NCBI GenBank assembly: GCA_965221695.1
Contig: OZ244905.1
Coordinates: forward strand, 2,701,384-2,765,383
Length of the DNA: 64,000 nt
Direction of reading: 5' to 3'
From: Gammaproteobacteria bacterium
GTDB taxonomy: Bacteria > Pseudomonadota > Gammaproteobacteria > Eutrophobiales > Eutrophobiaceae
Positions 31,980 to 41,368 of this stretch are shown here, piece by piece. The stretch's first letter is position 1. Each line of letters opens with the position of its first letter. A program made the position numbers and the translations under genes. The notes under the pieces are model-generated. The model was not told the origin of the DNA, did no database searches, and saw nothing but the letters and a program-made list of their open reading frames with translations.

Positions 31980-33317
31980 ATGCAGGTTAATTCACGCAAA
32001 TACTTCGGCACCGACGGCATTCGCGGCAAGGTGGGCGAGGAACCCGTCACGCCCGATTTTGTCATGAAATTGGGCTGGGCTATTGGCAAGGCGCTGCATA
32101 AAAACAACGCAGGGCCCATTCTTATCGGCAAAGATACTCGGGTGTCCGGTTATATGTTTGAATCGGCGCTGGAAGCGGGACTGTCTGCCGCAGGCGTTGA
32201 TATTCGCCTGCTTGGCCCAACGCCGACGCCGGCCGTAGCCTACCTGACAAAAAATACCCGCGCCGAGGCAGGTATAGTGATCAGCGCTTCCCACAACCCC
32301 TATTTTGACAATGGCATCAAGATCTTTTCCAGAAACGGCAGGAAACTGCCGGATGCTGTCGAATTATTGATAGAAGAGCATCTGGCGAGTTCCATTGAGG
32401 TTGTGGAACCGAACAAGCTGGGCAAGGCGCGCCGGATTACGGACGCGGCGCGCAGGTATATAGAGTACTGCAAAAGCAGGATCGACTGTGACCTGAACGG
32501 TATTCGTATGGTGGTCGATTGCGCTAACGGCGCAGCCTACAGGATTGCGCCCAAGGTGTTTGAGGAATTGGGCGCCACGGTCAATGCGATAGGTGTGGAA
32601 CCGGATGGCTTAAATATAAACAACGGCTGCGGCGCCACCAAACCGGCAGTTTTGCAACAGACCGTGCTGGAATGCCAGGCGGATGTCGGCATCTCGCTGG
32701 ATGGTGATGGCGACCGCTTGATTATGGTCGATCATAAGGGCCAACTGGTGGATGGCGACGAGTTGCTCTACATCATTGCAAATCACCAACGAAAGACGCT
32801 CAATGGGGGCGTTGTGGGCACGCAGATGAGCAACCTGGGACTGGAGCAAGCGCTGAGGGATATGGGATTTGAGTTTTACCGGTCGCAGGTGGGAGACCGA
32901 TATGTCGCGGAAATGCTGGATGAAAAAAATCTGACGCTGGGAGGTGAACAATCGGGCCATATCGTAAACAGGAATTTTTCGGATACGGGTGATGGCATCA
33001 TTTCCGCGCTACAAGTATTGAAAGCTATGTTGGACACCGGAGAGAATTTGTGTGCCTTAAAAAGTGGCATGAAAAAATTTCCACAGGCGTTATTGAATAT
33101 AGTCCTGCGCAAACCTGTGCGGCTTCAGGATTATCCGGAGATCGACGGCATGGTGAGAGAAGTTGAAAAACAGCTCGATGACCTGGGACGGGTGTTGTTG
33201 CGCTGTTCGGGTACCGAGCCTGTGTTGCGGGTAATGGTGGAAGGCCGGGATGCCGGTAAAGTGCACAAGCTGACGCGCAAACTGGCCGGGGACATTGATG
33301 AGTTGATCAGTGGTTAA
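31980..33317 (+). CDS. glmM: phosphoglucosamine mutase
   Basis: KYFGTDGIRGKVGE at the N-terminus and the active-site loop SASHNP. Start chosen by alignment; ORF-track start is 31938. Confidence 0.9.
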   Translation: MQVNSRKYFGTDGIRGKVGEEPVTPDFVMKLGWAIGKALHKNNAGPILIGKDTRVSGYMFESALEAGLSAAGVDIRLLGPTPTPAVAYLTKNTRAEAGIVISASHNPYFDNGIKIFSRNGRKLPDAVELLIEEHLASSIEVVEPNKLGKARRITDAARRYIEYCKSRIDCDLNGIRMVVDCANGAAYRIAPKVFEELGATVNAIGVEPDGLNINNGCGATKPAVLQQTVLECQADVGISLDGDGDRLIMVDHKGQLVDGDELLYIIANHQRKTLNGGVVGTQMSNLGLEQALRDMGFEFYRSQVGDRYVAEMLDEKNLTLGGEQSGHIVNRNFSDTGDGIISALQVLKAMLDTGENLCALKSGMKKFPQALLNIVLRKPVRLQDYPEIDGMVREVEKQLDDLGRVLLRCSGTEPVLRVMVEGRDAGKVHKLTRKLAGDIDELISG

Positions 33318-34911
33318 AGAGAACCGGCAGAAACGCATACTGGTAGCCGACAGGATTTCGCCTGAAGGCAAGGAATTCCTTGACGGCCAGGAGAATTTCA
33401 TCACAGATCATATCACCGGACTTGATGAGGCCGGGTTATGTGAGAAAATCGGCGCGTACCATGCGGTAATCGTGCGCAGCGCCACGACGATATCGGCGCC
33501 AGTCCTGGACGCGGCCGGCAGGCTTGAAGTAATCGGCAGGGCCGGCATTGGTGTCGATAATATTGACGTCAACCATGCCACGGGCAAAGGCGTTGTGGTG
33601 CTCAACACCCCGGACGCGAACGTAACGACAACGGCGGAACTGACGTTGGCGCATCTTTTTTCCCTGAGTCGAAACCTGCCCCAGGCCGACTCTTCAGTGA
33701 AAGCAGGAGAATGGAAGCGCGCCCGCTTCATGGGTGTGGAACTGAGCGGCAAGACCCTGGGCATCATCGGCTACGGGCATATCGGCAGGATTGTGGCAGC
33801 CAAGGCGCTGGCCCTGGAAATGCTGGTAATCGCCCATGATCCGTTTGTTACCGAAGAAAAGTTTCTCGCCGACGGCGTTACCGGCGTCGGTCTCGATGAA
33901 CTGCTCAGCGAGGCGGATTTTGTCAGCGTGCATTGCCCGTTGAATGACAAGACCCGTAACATCATCAATGCCGACCGGCTCAAGACAATGAAACGCGGCG
34001 CGCGGCTGATCAACTGCGCCCGCGGCGGGCTCGTCGACGAAACCGCGTTATATGAAGCGCTCAAGAGCGGGCAATTGTCCGGCGCGGCGCTGGATGTATT
34101 TTCCCGCGAGCCTCCGGATGGTTCTCCCCTGTTGGAACTCGATAACGTATTGCTGACGCCGCACCTTGGCGCATCGACCCGGGAAGCACAGGCTGCGGCC
34201 GGCATCGAGATAGCACAGCAGGTCAGCATTTACCTGAAGACCGGTGAACCCATTAACGCGATCAACCTGCCGGCGGTATCATCGGAGGAACTGGTGAAGC
34301 TGCAGCCGTACATGGCGCTGGCGAGACGCCTGGGAAACCTGCTCGGTCTTATGATTCCGGACTCCATACACCGGCTGGAAGTGTCCCTGTTTGGCGAAGC
34401 CGCAGAGCGGGACATGAGCAGCATCGCCACGGAGGGGTTGGTGGGGTTATTGGGTGTCCATATGTCAACCGAGGTAAACCGGGTGAACGCAAAACATATC
34501 GCCGAGCAACAGGGTTTGAGCCTGGTGGAGGCCCGTGGTGGCGAACATCCGGATTACCATTCAGCGGTCAGCCTTTCGGTGCATAACGGTGAAGGCGAAA
34601 CGCGGGTTGTCGGGACACTGTTCCAAAGAAGATACCCGCGCCTGATCAGGATCAACGATTACGAGATAGAAGCCGTGCTGGAAGGACACCTGCTGGTTAC
34701 CAGGCATAATGATCAACCCGGCGTGATCGCCGCCATCAGCAACCTGCTGGCAGGTGAAAAGATCAACATTTCGCGTATGCAACTGGGGATCGTATCCGGC
34801 AGCGACAAAGCGGTCGCGGTGATTGGCGTGTCGACCCCGCTGAACAATGAACTGATGAAGGAACTGGCTCAAATCGAGGCGATAAACAAGGTGATACAGG
34901 TCAGCCTGTAA
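33310..34911 (+). CDS. serA: D-3-phosphoglycerate dehydrogenase (long form with C-terminal ASB/ACT domains)
   Basis: 2-hydroxyacid dehydrogenase NAD-binding motif (GIIGYGHIGRIVA), the catalytic H/E region and a ~130-aa C-terminal regulatory extension. GTG start overlaps the glmM stop. Confidence 0.85.
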   Translation: MVKENRQKRILVADRISPEGKEFLDGQENFITDHITGLDEAGLCEKIGAYHAVIVRSATTISAPVLDAAGRLEVIGRAGIGVDNIDVNHATGKGVVVLNTPDANVTTTAELTLAHLFSLSRNLPQADSSVKAGEWKRARFMGVELSGKTLGIIGYGHIGRIVAAKALALEMLVIAHDPFVTEEKFLADGVTGVGLDELLSEADFVSVHCPLNDKTRNIINADRLKTMKRGARLINCARGGLVDETALYEALKSGQLSGAALDVFSREPPDGSPLLELDNVLLTPHLGASTREAQAAAGIEIAQQVSIYLKTGEPINAINLPAVSSEELVKLQPYMALARRLGNLLGLMIPDSIHRLEVSLFGEAAERDMSSIATEGLVGLLGVHMSTEVNRVNAKHIAEQQGLSLVEARGGEHPDYHSAVSLSVHNGEGETRVVGTLFQRRYPRLIRINDYEIEAVLEGHLLVTRHNDQPGVIAAISNLLAGEKINISRMQLGIVSGSDKAVAVIGVSTPLNNELMKELAQIEAINKVIQVSL

Positions 34912-34921
34912 ATTCCCAATA

Positions 34922-36166
34922 ATGTTAATCAAGGCTTTCAGAGGTTATCGCCCCGACAGGGACAGGGTTGCCAGGGTTGCATCAAGACCGTATGACGTGA
35001 TCACAACGGAAGAAGCCAGGGAGGAAGCAGCCGGCAACCCGTATTCCTTCCTGAACATCGTCAAACCGGAGATCGGTTATCCCGCCGGCACAGAACCCGG
35101 TGACCCGGAAATGTACCGTGCCGCGGCGGCAAACTTCCAAGCCTTGGTCGATAGCGGGACATTTGTCCGGGATGAACAGGAATGCCTGTATATCTATGAA
35201 CTAAGTGTGAACCGGCGTCCGAGGACGGGCATTGTCGCCGCCGCCGCTGTGGACGATTACCTGGACGGCCGTATCAGGAAACACGAATTGACCCGGTTTG
35301 ACAAGGAGGCGGACCGGGCGAACCATATTCGTACAACAATGCTCAACGTGGAGCCGGTGATGTTTGCCTATCGCGATGACCGGCGAATGGGCGATCTTGT
35401 AGATTCAATCAAATCGGGGCAACCGGAGTACGACTTCGTTGACGAGGACTCGGTGCAGCACAGGTTCTGGATCGTCAATGAGCCTGGGACCGTTGCTGCG
35501 ATTATCCGCGCATTTGCCGGCATCCCCGCAACTTACGTGGCTGACGGTCACCACCGCACCGCTGCTGCCGCGATCGTCAGCCAGCAACTGGACAGTGAAG
35601 GCCAAAAGAGCAATGCGGATCAGGGACATCATTTCTTTCTGGCTGTACATTTTCCCGACAGCGAACTGGAAATTCTCGATTACAACCGGCTGGTCACCGA
35701 CCTCAACGCTCTTGAACAAGATGAATTCCTGCGCGAGTTGGGGCTGGCGTTCGTAGTTGAGAGGACTGGAGGGCGGCCCGTAAGACCGAAGCAACCCGGC
35801 GTCATGGGCATGTACCTCGCAGGCAGTTGGTACCGCCTGAGCGCGCGGCCCGGTACGTATAATCCCGATGATGTGATGTCGGCGCTGGGCGTCAGCATCC
35901 TGTCCGACCTGATCCTGGCGCCCATACTGGGCATTCACGACCAGAGGACCGACCCGCGCATAATCTATGTCGGTGGCGTGAGCGGCACAGAGAAGCTCCA
36001 GGAGAGGGTGGACAGCGGCGAAATGGCTGTTGCCTTCACTCTGCACCCGGTATCGATACAGGAACTGATGGCCATCGCTGACTCCGGCAGGATTATGCCA
36101 CCCAAGGCCACCTGGTTTGAACCGAAACTGCGCAGCGGCCTTGTAGTCTACAGTCTTAAGGACTAA
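34922..36166 (+). CDS. DUF1015-family protein
   Basis: ADGHHRTAAA motif and overall length and architecture typical of DUF1015. Commonly encoded next to serA. Confidence 0.65.
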   Translation: MLIKAFRGYRPDRDRVARVASRPYDVITTEEAREEAAGNPYSFLNIVKPEIGYPAGTEPGDPEMYRAAAANFQALVDSGTFVRDEQECLYIYELSVNRRPRTGIVAAAAVDDYLDGRIRKHELTRFDKEADRANHIRTTMLNVEPVMFAYRDDRRMGDLVDSIKSGQPEYDFVDEDSVQHRFWIVNEPGTVAAIIRAFAGIPATYVADGHHRTAAAAIVSQQLDSEGQKSNADQGHHFFLAVHFPDSELEILDYNRLVTDLNALEQDEFLRELGLAFVVERTGGRPVRPKQPGVMGMYLAGSWYRLSARPGTYNPDDVMSALGVSILSDLILAPILGIHDQRTDPRIIYVGGVSGTEKLQERVDSGEMAVAFTLHPVSIQELMAIADSGRIMPPKATWFEPKLRSGLVVYSLKD

Positions 36167-36260
36167 TTCCGCAGCTTTGCCAACCGTTCTATGCGGTTGC
36201 CCTGCGCAGCGATGCAGGGATAATGTGCTGTACCGCATAATCAGCTACAATAACCAGCCC

Positions 36261-36347
36261 GGAGAGGTGCCAGAGTGGTTGAATGGGGCAGACTCGAAAT
36301 CTGTTGTACGCGTCAGCGTACCGTGGGTTCGAATCCCACCCTCTCCG
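36261..36347 (+). tRNA. tRNA-Ser (anticodon CGA)
   Basis: Folds by eye into a cloverleaf: acceptor ggagagg/cctctcc, 3-bp D stem, anticodon loop ctCGAaa, long variable arm gtacgcgtcagcgtac and T-arm cgtgggttcgaatcccac. CCA is not encoded. Confidence 0.85.
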
Positions 36348-36701
36348 TAACATTCATGCCACAGGCGCATCTGGCGCCTGTGGCATGAATGTTGATGCAA
36401 TGGGGTTCGAACCCACGGTAATTAAATACGGGTTCGACAAATTCGCTGGGAGCGAATTTGAACAGCGTAGCTGGCCCCGGAGGGGCAAACTACATGGATG
36501 TAGTTTGTAATCCCACCCTCTCCGTAACATTCATGGCACAGGCGCTTCTGTCGCCTGTGCCATGAATGTTGATGCAATGGGGTTCGAACCCACGGTAATT
36601 AAATACGGGTTCGACAAATTCGCTGGGAGCGAATTTGAACAGCGTAGCTGGCCCCGGAGGGGCAAACTACATGGATGTAGTTTGTAATCCCACCCTCTCC
36701 G
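36348..36701 (+). repeat. two tandem 177-bp direct repeats, each ending in a 17-nt copy of the tRNA-Ser 3' end (att-like)
   Basis: Units 36348-36524 and 36525-36701 each contain a perfect 13-14 bp stem hairpin (catgccacaggcgc..gcgcctgtggcatg vs catggcacaggcg..cgcctgtgccatg, with compensatory gcc<->ggc changes), a gggttcgaaccc palindrome and a terminal aatcccaccctctccg. Confidence 0.85.
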
Positions 36702-36705
36702 CCAT

Positions 36706-37896
36706 CTAATAGTCCGGTAAAGTCCGGAGTCTTCCAAGCGCTTCAATGAAATGTGCTAGTGACAGGATGGTTGTGTCCTGGCTGCCGGGGAATGTATCTT
36801 CGCCAGTGTAAACAACAAATTTCTGTTTTACCTTTAAGTCTTCACAGGCCATGTGAAAGCCTTTTTTCAAGGTTGGAGTTCGGCTTGCTTTGATCTCAAC
36901 GGCCCAGTATTCATCAAGACCAAACTCAATTACCAAATCAATTTCTGCCCCAGCAGATGTGCGATAGAAAAACGGATGAGCGCTTGAAGGTAAGGCGTTA
37001 ATAATGGTCTCAATGACAAACCCCTCCCAGCTTTTTCCGAATATAGGATGCCCCAACAAAGCTTCATAATTCGGAATTTGCAGCAAGGCATGCACAAGAC
37101 CGCTATCGCGTACATAGGTACGTGGTGATTTCACCAGCCGTTTTTTGACGTTCCCATGCCAAGGCTCTAGCCTGCGAACCAATAACAAATCAACCATGAG
37201 GTCCAGATATCGACTAACGGTGACACTCTCTACGCCAAGAGAGCTTGCGAGTTTTGACGCGTTCAGTAGTTCACCTTGTGTATGGGCAAGCATGGTCCAA
37301 AAGCGCATCAAGGTCGTTGCTGGAATTCTTGGTCCTAGCTGAGGGATGTCTCGTTCCAGATAGGTGCGAATAAAATTCTGCCGCCACTGGTGACTGGCCG
37401 CATCATCTTCAGCGGCATAGCTGTCGGGAAACCCACCACGTATCCAGAGCTTTTGTAAGGGCTCTCCGGATGTTTCTTCAATTTCAAAAAGGTTTAAGCC
37501 AGTCAGTTCAGAGTAATGAATGCGGCCAGCAAGGCTCTCAGAGCTTTGTTTTAGCAACTCATTGGTTGCCGATCCTAAAACAAGAAAGCGTCCGTTTCCG
37601 CGCCCCTCACGACGTCTGGCATCAATGATTCCGCGCAGTGACATAAACAAATCAGGGTAGCGTTGGACCTCATCGAGAATGACCAGCTTATCTGCATGTA
37701 GTTCTAGATAGTGGGCAGGGTCTTTGAGCTTTTGGAAATCCTCTGGGTTCTCGAGATCCAAATAAACAGATGGTTGCCCTTTGGCGATCTCATGGGCAAG
37801 CGTTGTCTTGCCAATCTGGCGCGGGCCAAGAATGGCAACAGCCGGATTTTGACTGAGACTTTTGATGATTTTCTGTGTAAGCTCTCTTTCATACAT
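36706..37896 (-). CDS. AAA+ ATPase, DUF4143-containing (COG1373-like)
   Basis: Walker A AILGPRQIGKTTLA, Walker B LVILDEVQ and a C-terminal DUF4143-like region. Start set at MYERELTQ (ORF-track start is 37971). Confidence 0.65.
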   Translation of the reverse strand: MYERELTQKIIKSLSQNPAVAILGPRQIGKTTLAHEIAKGQPSVYLDLENPEDFQKLKDPAHYLELHADKLVILDEVQRYPDLFMSLRGIIDARRREGRGNGRFLVLGSATNELLKQSSESLAGRIHYSELTGLNLFEIEETSGEPLQKLWIRGGFPDSYAAEDDAASHQWRQNFIRTYLERDIPQLGPRIPATTLMRFWTMLAHTQGELLNASKLASSLGVESVTVSRYLDLMVDLLLVRRLEPWHGNVKKRLVKSPRTYVRDSGLVHALLQIPNYEALLGHPIFGKSWEGFVIETIINALPSSAHPFFYRTSAGAEIDLVIEFGLDEYWAVEIKASRTPTLKKGFHMACEDLKVKQKFVVYTGEDTFPGSQDTTILSLAHFIEALGRLRTLPDY

Positions 37897-38276
37897 GCTA
37901 GCAATACTAACACAAAATATTAAATATGCAAGGTAAATGTTTTTGTGGTGATCTGTTTCCAATGAAGGCAAAGCGGGATTAGAACCCGCGATACGGTACC
38001 GTGTTCACAACAAAAACCGGCGCTTGGCGAGGAAGGTGTACAGGCGGGTGGTGAACAAGTCGCCGGTACGGCGAACTTTGCGAGGCACAAACCTCTTATC
38101 ACCCAATGTAATTCGGTTTGTATAGTCCGCAACATCCGTAATTGGTTTTGAAAATCCTGTGTCTATGGACAACCCCCCCATACTTGATTAGCATAAGTCA
38201 TAAGGAGGACCTATCGTGAACGTTGATTTCGTGACAAAGCGCCAGTCTGACAATCTCATGCAAATGCCGACCATCC

Positions 38277-38684
38277 ATGTCCAGGATTCGTTGTTATAGT
38301 ATCGGTCGAGACCCCTCCGCATCCATCGTACTGCGTCATGAGACGGTGTCGCGCAGGCATGCAGAGTTGATTCCCGTATCCGGCGGGCAGGTATACGTCA
38401 CGGATTGCGCCAGCGCCTGCGGGACTTTCATCGATAAGGGCAGGCGCTGGGAGAGGCTTACCCAGGATTTCGTCGGCGCAGGCGGCAGGGTGCGTTTCGG
38501 CGAGGTTGAGGTCAGCGTGCAGAGTCTGCTGGCGGACATTGCCCGCTTGCCTGCCGGCGGTGGAACGGGTCCCGGCGGTTCGGCGGAGCCCGGCGGTACC
38601 CCAGGCGCCGATAAGAAGAAACATGTGGATGCCGGCCGCGGGGTCATGCGCGACCCGGAAACGGGCGAGCCGATTCCCATGTAA
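38277..38684 (+). CDS. FHA-domain protein (small, cytoplasmic; Pro/Gly-rich tail)
   Basis: YSIGRDPSASIVLRHETVSRRHAEL....GTFI is an FHA core (G-R...S-R-xH...NG-T). First gene of the 8-gene cluster. Confidence 0.7.
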   Translation: MSRIRCYSIGRDPSASIVLRHETVSRRHAELIPVSGGQVYVTDCASACGTFIDKGRRWERLTQDFVGAGGRVRFGEVEVSVQSLLADIARLPAGGGTGPGGSAEPGGTPGADKKKHVDAGRGVMRDPETGEPIPM

Positions 38685-38699
38685 TCGGACAGACAGACC

Positions 38700-39473
38700 A
38701 TGAACCAGAGAATGAGGATATTCATAGGGGCGCTGGGCGCGGGCGTGATCTTCATCGGCCTGCTCAGCCTGTTTTTCTCCGAAGGTTTCTTCGCCGACTT
38801 CCTGCTGGACCGGAATTCGAAGTTCATGCCCTACCCGGTCACGATACAGAATATCATGTGGCTGGTGTTCTTCATCGGGGCGGGAGAATTGCTGTCGCGC
38901 TACCTGCAGACGGACCGGGAAATCAGCCAGATCCGCCTGGGACTGTTGCCGGAGGACAGCACAACCCTATTGCGCAAGCAAGATCTGGGCGGCGTGTACC
39001 AGCGCGTCAAGGAAACCATGCACCCGGCGCCGGGCGCTGCGGAGGATTCCTATTTCCTGCAACGCCTGCTGTCCCGTTGTATCCTGCAGTTCCAGGTCAG
39101 CGGCGCCATTGATAAGGCAAACAACATGTTCAACTCCAGCCTGGAGTTGTTCCAGCACGAGGTCGAGCTGAGGTACAATGCCATTCGCTATATCGTCTGG
39201 CTGATCCCGACCCTGGGGTTCATCGGCACCGTGGTCGGCATCGCGCTGGCGCTCAGCAACGCCGGCAGCGTCGACAACTTCCAGGACCCCACCTTGCTGA
39301 AACAGCTTACCCAGAGTCTCGGCGTAGCGTTCTTTACCACCTTGCTGGCCTTGCTGCAATCCGCGGCGCTGATGTTCGCGCTGCATGTCGTACAAGGACA
39401 GGAGGAAGCGTCGCTGAACCGGATAGGGCAGTATTGCCTGGATAACCTGATTAACCGGTTGTACGAGACTTGA
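38700..39473 (+). CDS. MotA/TolQ/ExbB-family proton-channel subunit
   Basis: Topology TM1 - ~130-aa cytoplasmic domain - TM2/TM3, with the family-typical IVWLIPTLGFIGTVVGIALAL and GVAFFTTLLALLQSAALMF helices. Confidence 0.7.
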   Translation: MNQRMRIFIGALGAGVIFIGLLSLFFSEGFFADFLLDRNSKFMPYPVTIQNIMWLVFFIGAGELLSRYLQTDREISQIRLGLLPEDSTTLLRKQDLGGVYQRVKETMHPAPGAAEDSYFLQRLLSRCILQFQVSGAIDKANNMFNSSLELFQHEVELRYNAIRYIVWLIPTLGFIGTVVGIALALSNAGSVDNFQDPTLLKQLTQSLGVAFFTTLLALLQSAALMFALHVVQGQEEASLNRIGQYCLDNLINRLYET

Positions 39474-39493
39474 TGGGGGTCGCCTGCGCGAGA

Positions 39494-39517
39494 CAAATCG
39501 GCAGGACAGCCGATTTG
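39494..39517 (+). terminator. hairpin after the MotA-like gene (possible terminator/attenuator)
   Basis: caaatcggc-aggaca-gccgatttg, perfect 9-bp stem. No U-tract follows. Confidence 0.3.
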
Positions 39518-39652
39518 CGCAGCGACTGCTGCCCGCAGGGTTGTATCCAGGGAAGGATGCAATGAGTGACGGAAGGAGAGAGGAATGACGGGTGGGTTCA
39601 AGAATGACGGTTAAGGGGCGAAGGGAGGTGTCGGCAAGTGGGTGTCGGCAAG

Positions 39653-39680
39653 TTGAACGCAGGGTGGTTTTCTGTTAAAT
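39653..39680 (+). promoter_or_regulatory. putative sigma-70 promoter for the second transcription unit of the cluster
   Basis: ttgaac-N16-ttaaat. Preceded by a direct repeat gtgtcggcaagtgg/gtgtcggcaagttg at 39628-39655. Confidence 0.3.
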
Positions 39681-39715
39681 TTTCATCAACCGCAACACCA
39701 GAAGGGGAGGACATC

Positions 39716-40375
39716 ATGCCGGTAAAACGCGATGCGGACGGGAACATCATAAAGGAACAGACAAGAACTACCGGAGTGGGTGATCCGGTGTTGCCGACCT
39801 TGGGGCGCTCCACTGTCGGCGCCACGGTCGGCCCCGGCAGGTCTCCCGAGACCAACCCCGGCCAGTCATCGGGTTATGAGGCCCAGACGGTGCTGGCAGG
39901 TTCGCCCCGTGTCGCGGAAGGGGAAGCCAGGACCCGGATCTACCGGCCCGGCAGGACGGGGCGGCAACAGCCGGAGACACCGGCTCCAGGTACGGGCGCT
40001 GAGGACGCGACGTCCTCTGCCATGGACGACCCGCCCGTAGGCTGGCTGGTCGTCGTCAGTGGGCCGGGACAGGGGAACTACATGGCCGTCGGCAACGGTT
40101 CGAATTCAGTCGGACGCGATGAGCGCGAGCGAGTGCGCGTGGATTTCGGTGACGAGTTGATCTCCCGCAGCGACCATTCAACGATCACCTACGATCCCAG
40201 GGGTAAGAAGTTTTACCTGCAGCACGGCGCCGGAAAAAACCTCACTTACCTGGAAGGCAAACCTGTCCTGGCGCCGACCGAACTGCCCGGGTTTTCCCGG
40301 ATCACGATTGGGAACACCGAATTGCTGTTCATCCCGCTCTGTTGCGATCAGTTTGACTGGGACGACTACACGTAA
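39716..40375 (+). CDS. FHA-domain protein (disordered Pro/Gly-rich N-terminus, C-terminal FHA)
   Basis: GWLVVVSGPGQGNYMAVGNGSNSVGRDERERVRVDFGDELISRSDHSTITYDPRGKKFYLQHGAGKNLTYLEGKPV is an FHA core. ATG start lies 6 nt after gaaggggagg; ORF-track start is GTG 39638. Confidence 0.7.
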   Translation: MPVKRDADGNIIKEQTRTTGVGDPVLPTLGRSTVGATVGPGRSPETNPGQSSGYEAQTVLAGSPRVAEGEARTRIYRPGRTGRQQPETPAPGTGAEDATSSAMDDPPVGWLVVVSGPGQGNYMAVGNGSNSVGRDERERVRVDFGDELISRSDHSTITYDPRGKKFYLQHGAGKNLTYLEGKPVLAPTELPGFSRITIGNTELLFIPLCCDQFDWDDYT

Positions 40376-40384
40376 CAGGTCGTT

Positions 40385-41368
40385 ATGAATGCCCTCAAGC
40401 AGTGGGTGTCGGGAGAGCAGATCCAGGGAGACCGAAATTACCAGGAAGACTATTTCTCGCTCAGCCTGCTTTCCCAGGGCCGGGAACCTCCGGATGAAGA
40501 CTGCCTGCTGCTCGTGCTGGCCGACGGCATGGGCGGACATGCCGGCGGCGCCGTTGCCAGCGAGACGGTAGTCAAGGCATTCCAGGAGGGCTTCAACCGC
40601 GATGCAACCGGGATCGCAGAGCGTTTCAGCGCCGGCATCGACACCGCCAACAACGCCGTCAGGGAAAAACAACAGGCCGATCCGGAACTGTCCGAGATGG
40701 GTTGCACCCTGGTGGCCGCGCTGGTGGTCGGGTCGACCCTTTACTGGACCAGCGTCGGCGATTCCATACTGTGGCTGTGCCGGCAGGGACATTTGCAGAG
40801 ATTGAATGCGGACCATTCCATGAAACCGCTGTTGCTGGACCTGGTCGAATTGGGCAGGATGACCGAAGAAGAGGCGCTGAGCGATTACCGGATCAACCAG
40901 CTACGCTCGGCCATTTTCGGCGAGGAGGTTCAGCTGATTGACATGAACGCGGACGGTTTCCAACTGGAGAGTGGTGATCTCGTTTTACTGGCCAGCGACG
41001 GCCTGGAAACCCTGTCCGGGCAAAGCATGACAGATGTCATCGAGGCCCGCGCGGACGATGCCGATGAGATAGTGAACGCCCTGCTTGACGCAGTTGCCAT
41101 GGCGGGGGTGCGCGGGCAGGACAATACTACGGCGCTGGCGTACCGGGTCGGCCAGGGGCATGATTCACTGCACGGCGTACTGGCGGGCATCAGCACAGAT
41201 GACAAGGATGCCGTATTCGAGCAGCAAGTGAAACCCTCCCGAACCTGCGAGTTGCGCCCGGCACAGGAACAGGAAGCGCCGGCAAAGCGGCCCGGCATCT
41301 TCGCCCGAGCCATACATGCCTTCTCCGGTAGACCGGCGCGTCAAGACACTCGTGACGGGAAGCAATGA
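40385..41368 (+). CDS. PP2C-family Ser/Thr protein phosphatase
   Basis: LLVLADGMGGHAGGAVAS, MGCTLVAALV, YWTSVGDSILWL and LLASDGL are canonical PP2C/PPM motifs including the metal-binding Asp residues. Confidence 0.8.
   Translation: MNALKQWVSGEQIQGDRNYQEDYFSLSLLSQGREPPDEDCLLLVLADGMGGHAGGAVASETVVKAFQEGFNRDATGIAERFSAGIDTANNAVREKQQADPELSEMGCTLVAALVVGSTLYWTSVGDSILWLCRQGHLQRLNADHSMKPLLLDLVELGRMTEEEALSDYRINQLRSAIFGEEVQLIDMNADGFQLESGDLVLLASDGLETLSGQSMTDVIEARADDADEIVNALLDAVAMAGVRGQDNTTALAYRVGQGHDSLHGVLAGISTDDKDAVFEQQVKPSRTCELRPAQEQEAPAKRPGIFARAIHAFSGRPARQDTRDGKQ

Noticed and set aside
36348-36701. Possible CRISPR array (direct repeats)
   Set aside because: Only two units of 177 bp are directly adjacent, with no short repeat/spacer periodicity and no cas genes. 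The pattern is tRNA-3'-end duplication, not CRISPR.
36283-36746. ORFs 36283-36510(+) and 36531-36746(-) overlapping the tRNA-Ser and the tandem 177-bp units
   Set aside because: They are read across a tRNA gene and perfect direct repeats. They have low-complexity, repeat-derived translations and no independent coding signal.
37973-37989. tRNA-like T-arm (gcgggttctaatcccgc, minus strand) just upstream of the FHA cluster
   Set aside because: No matching acceptor 5' strand, D-arm or anticodon arm could be built, so it is at best a tRNA 3'-fragment remnant. Too weak to call as a feature.
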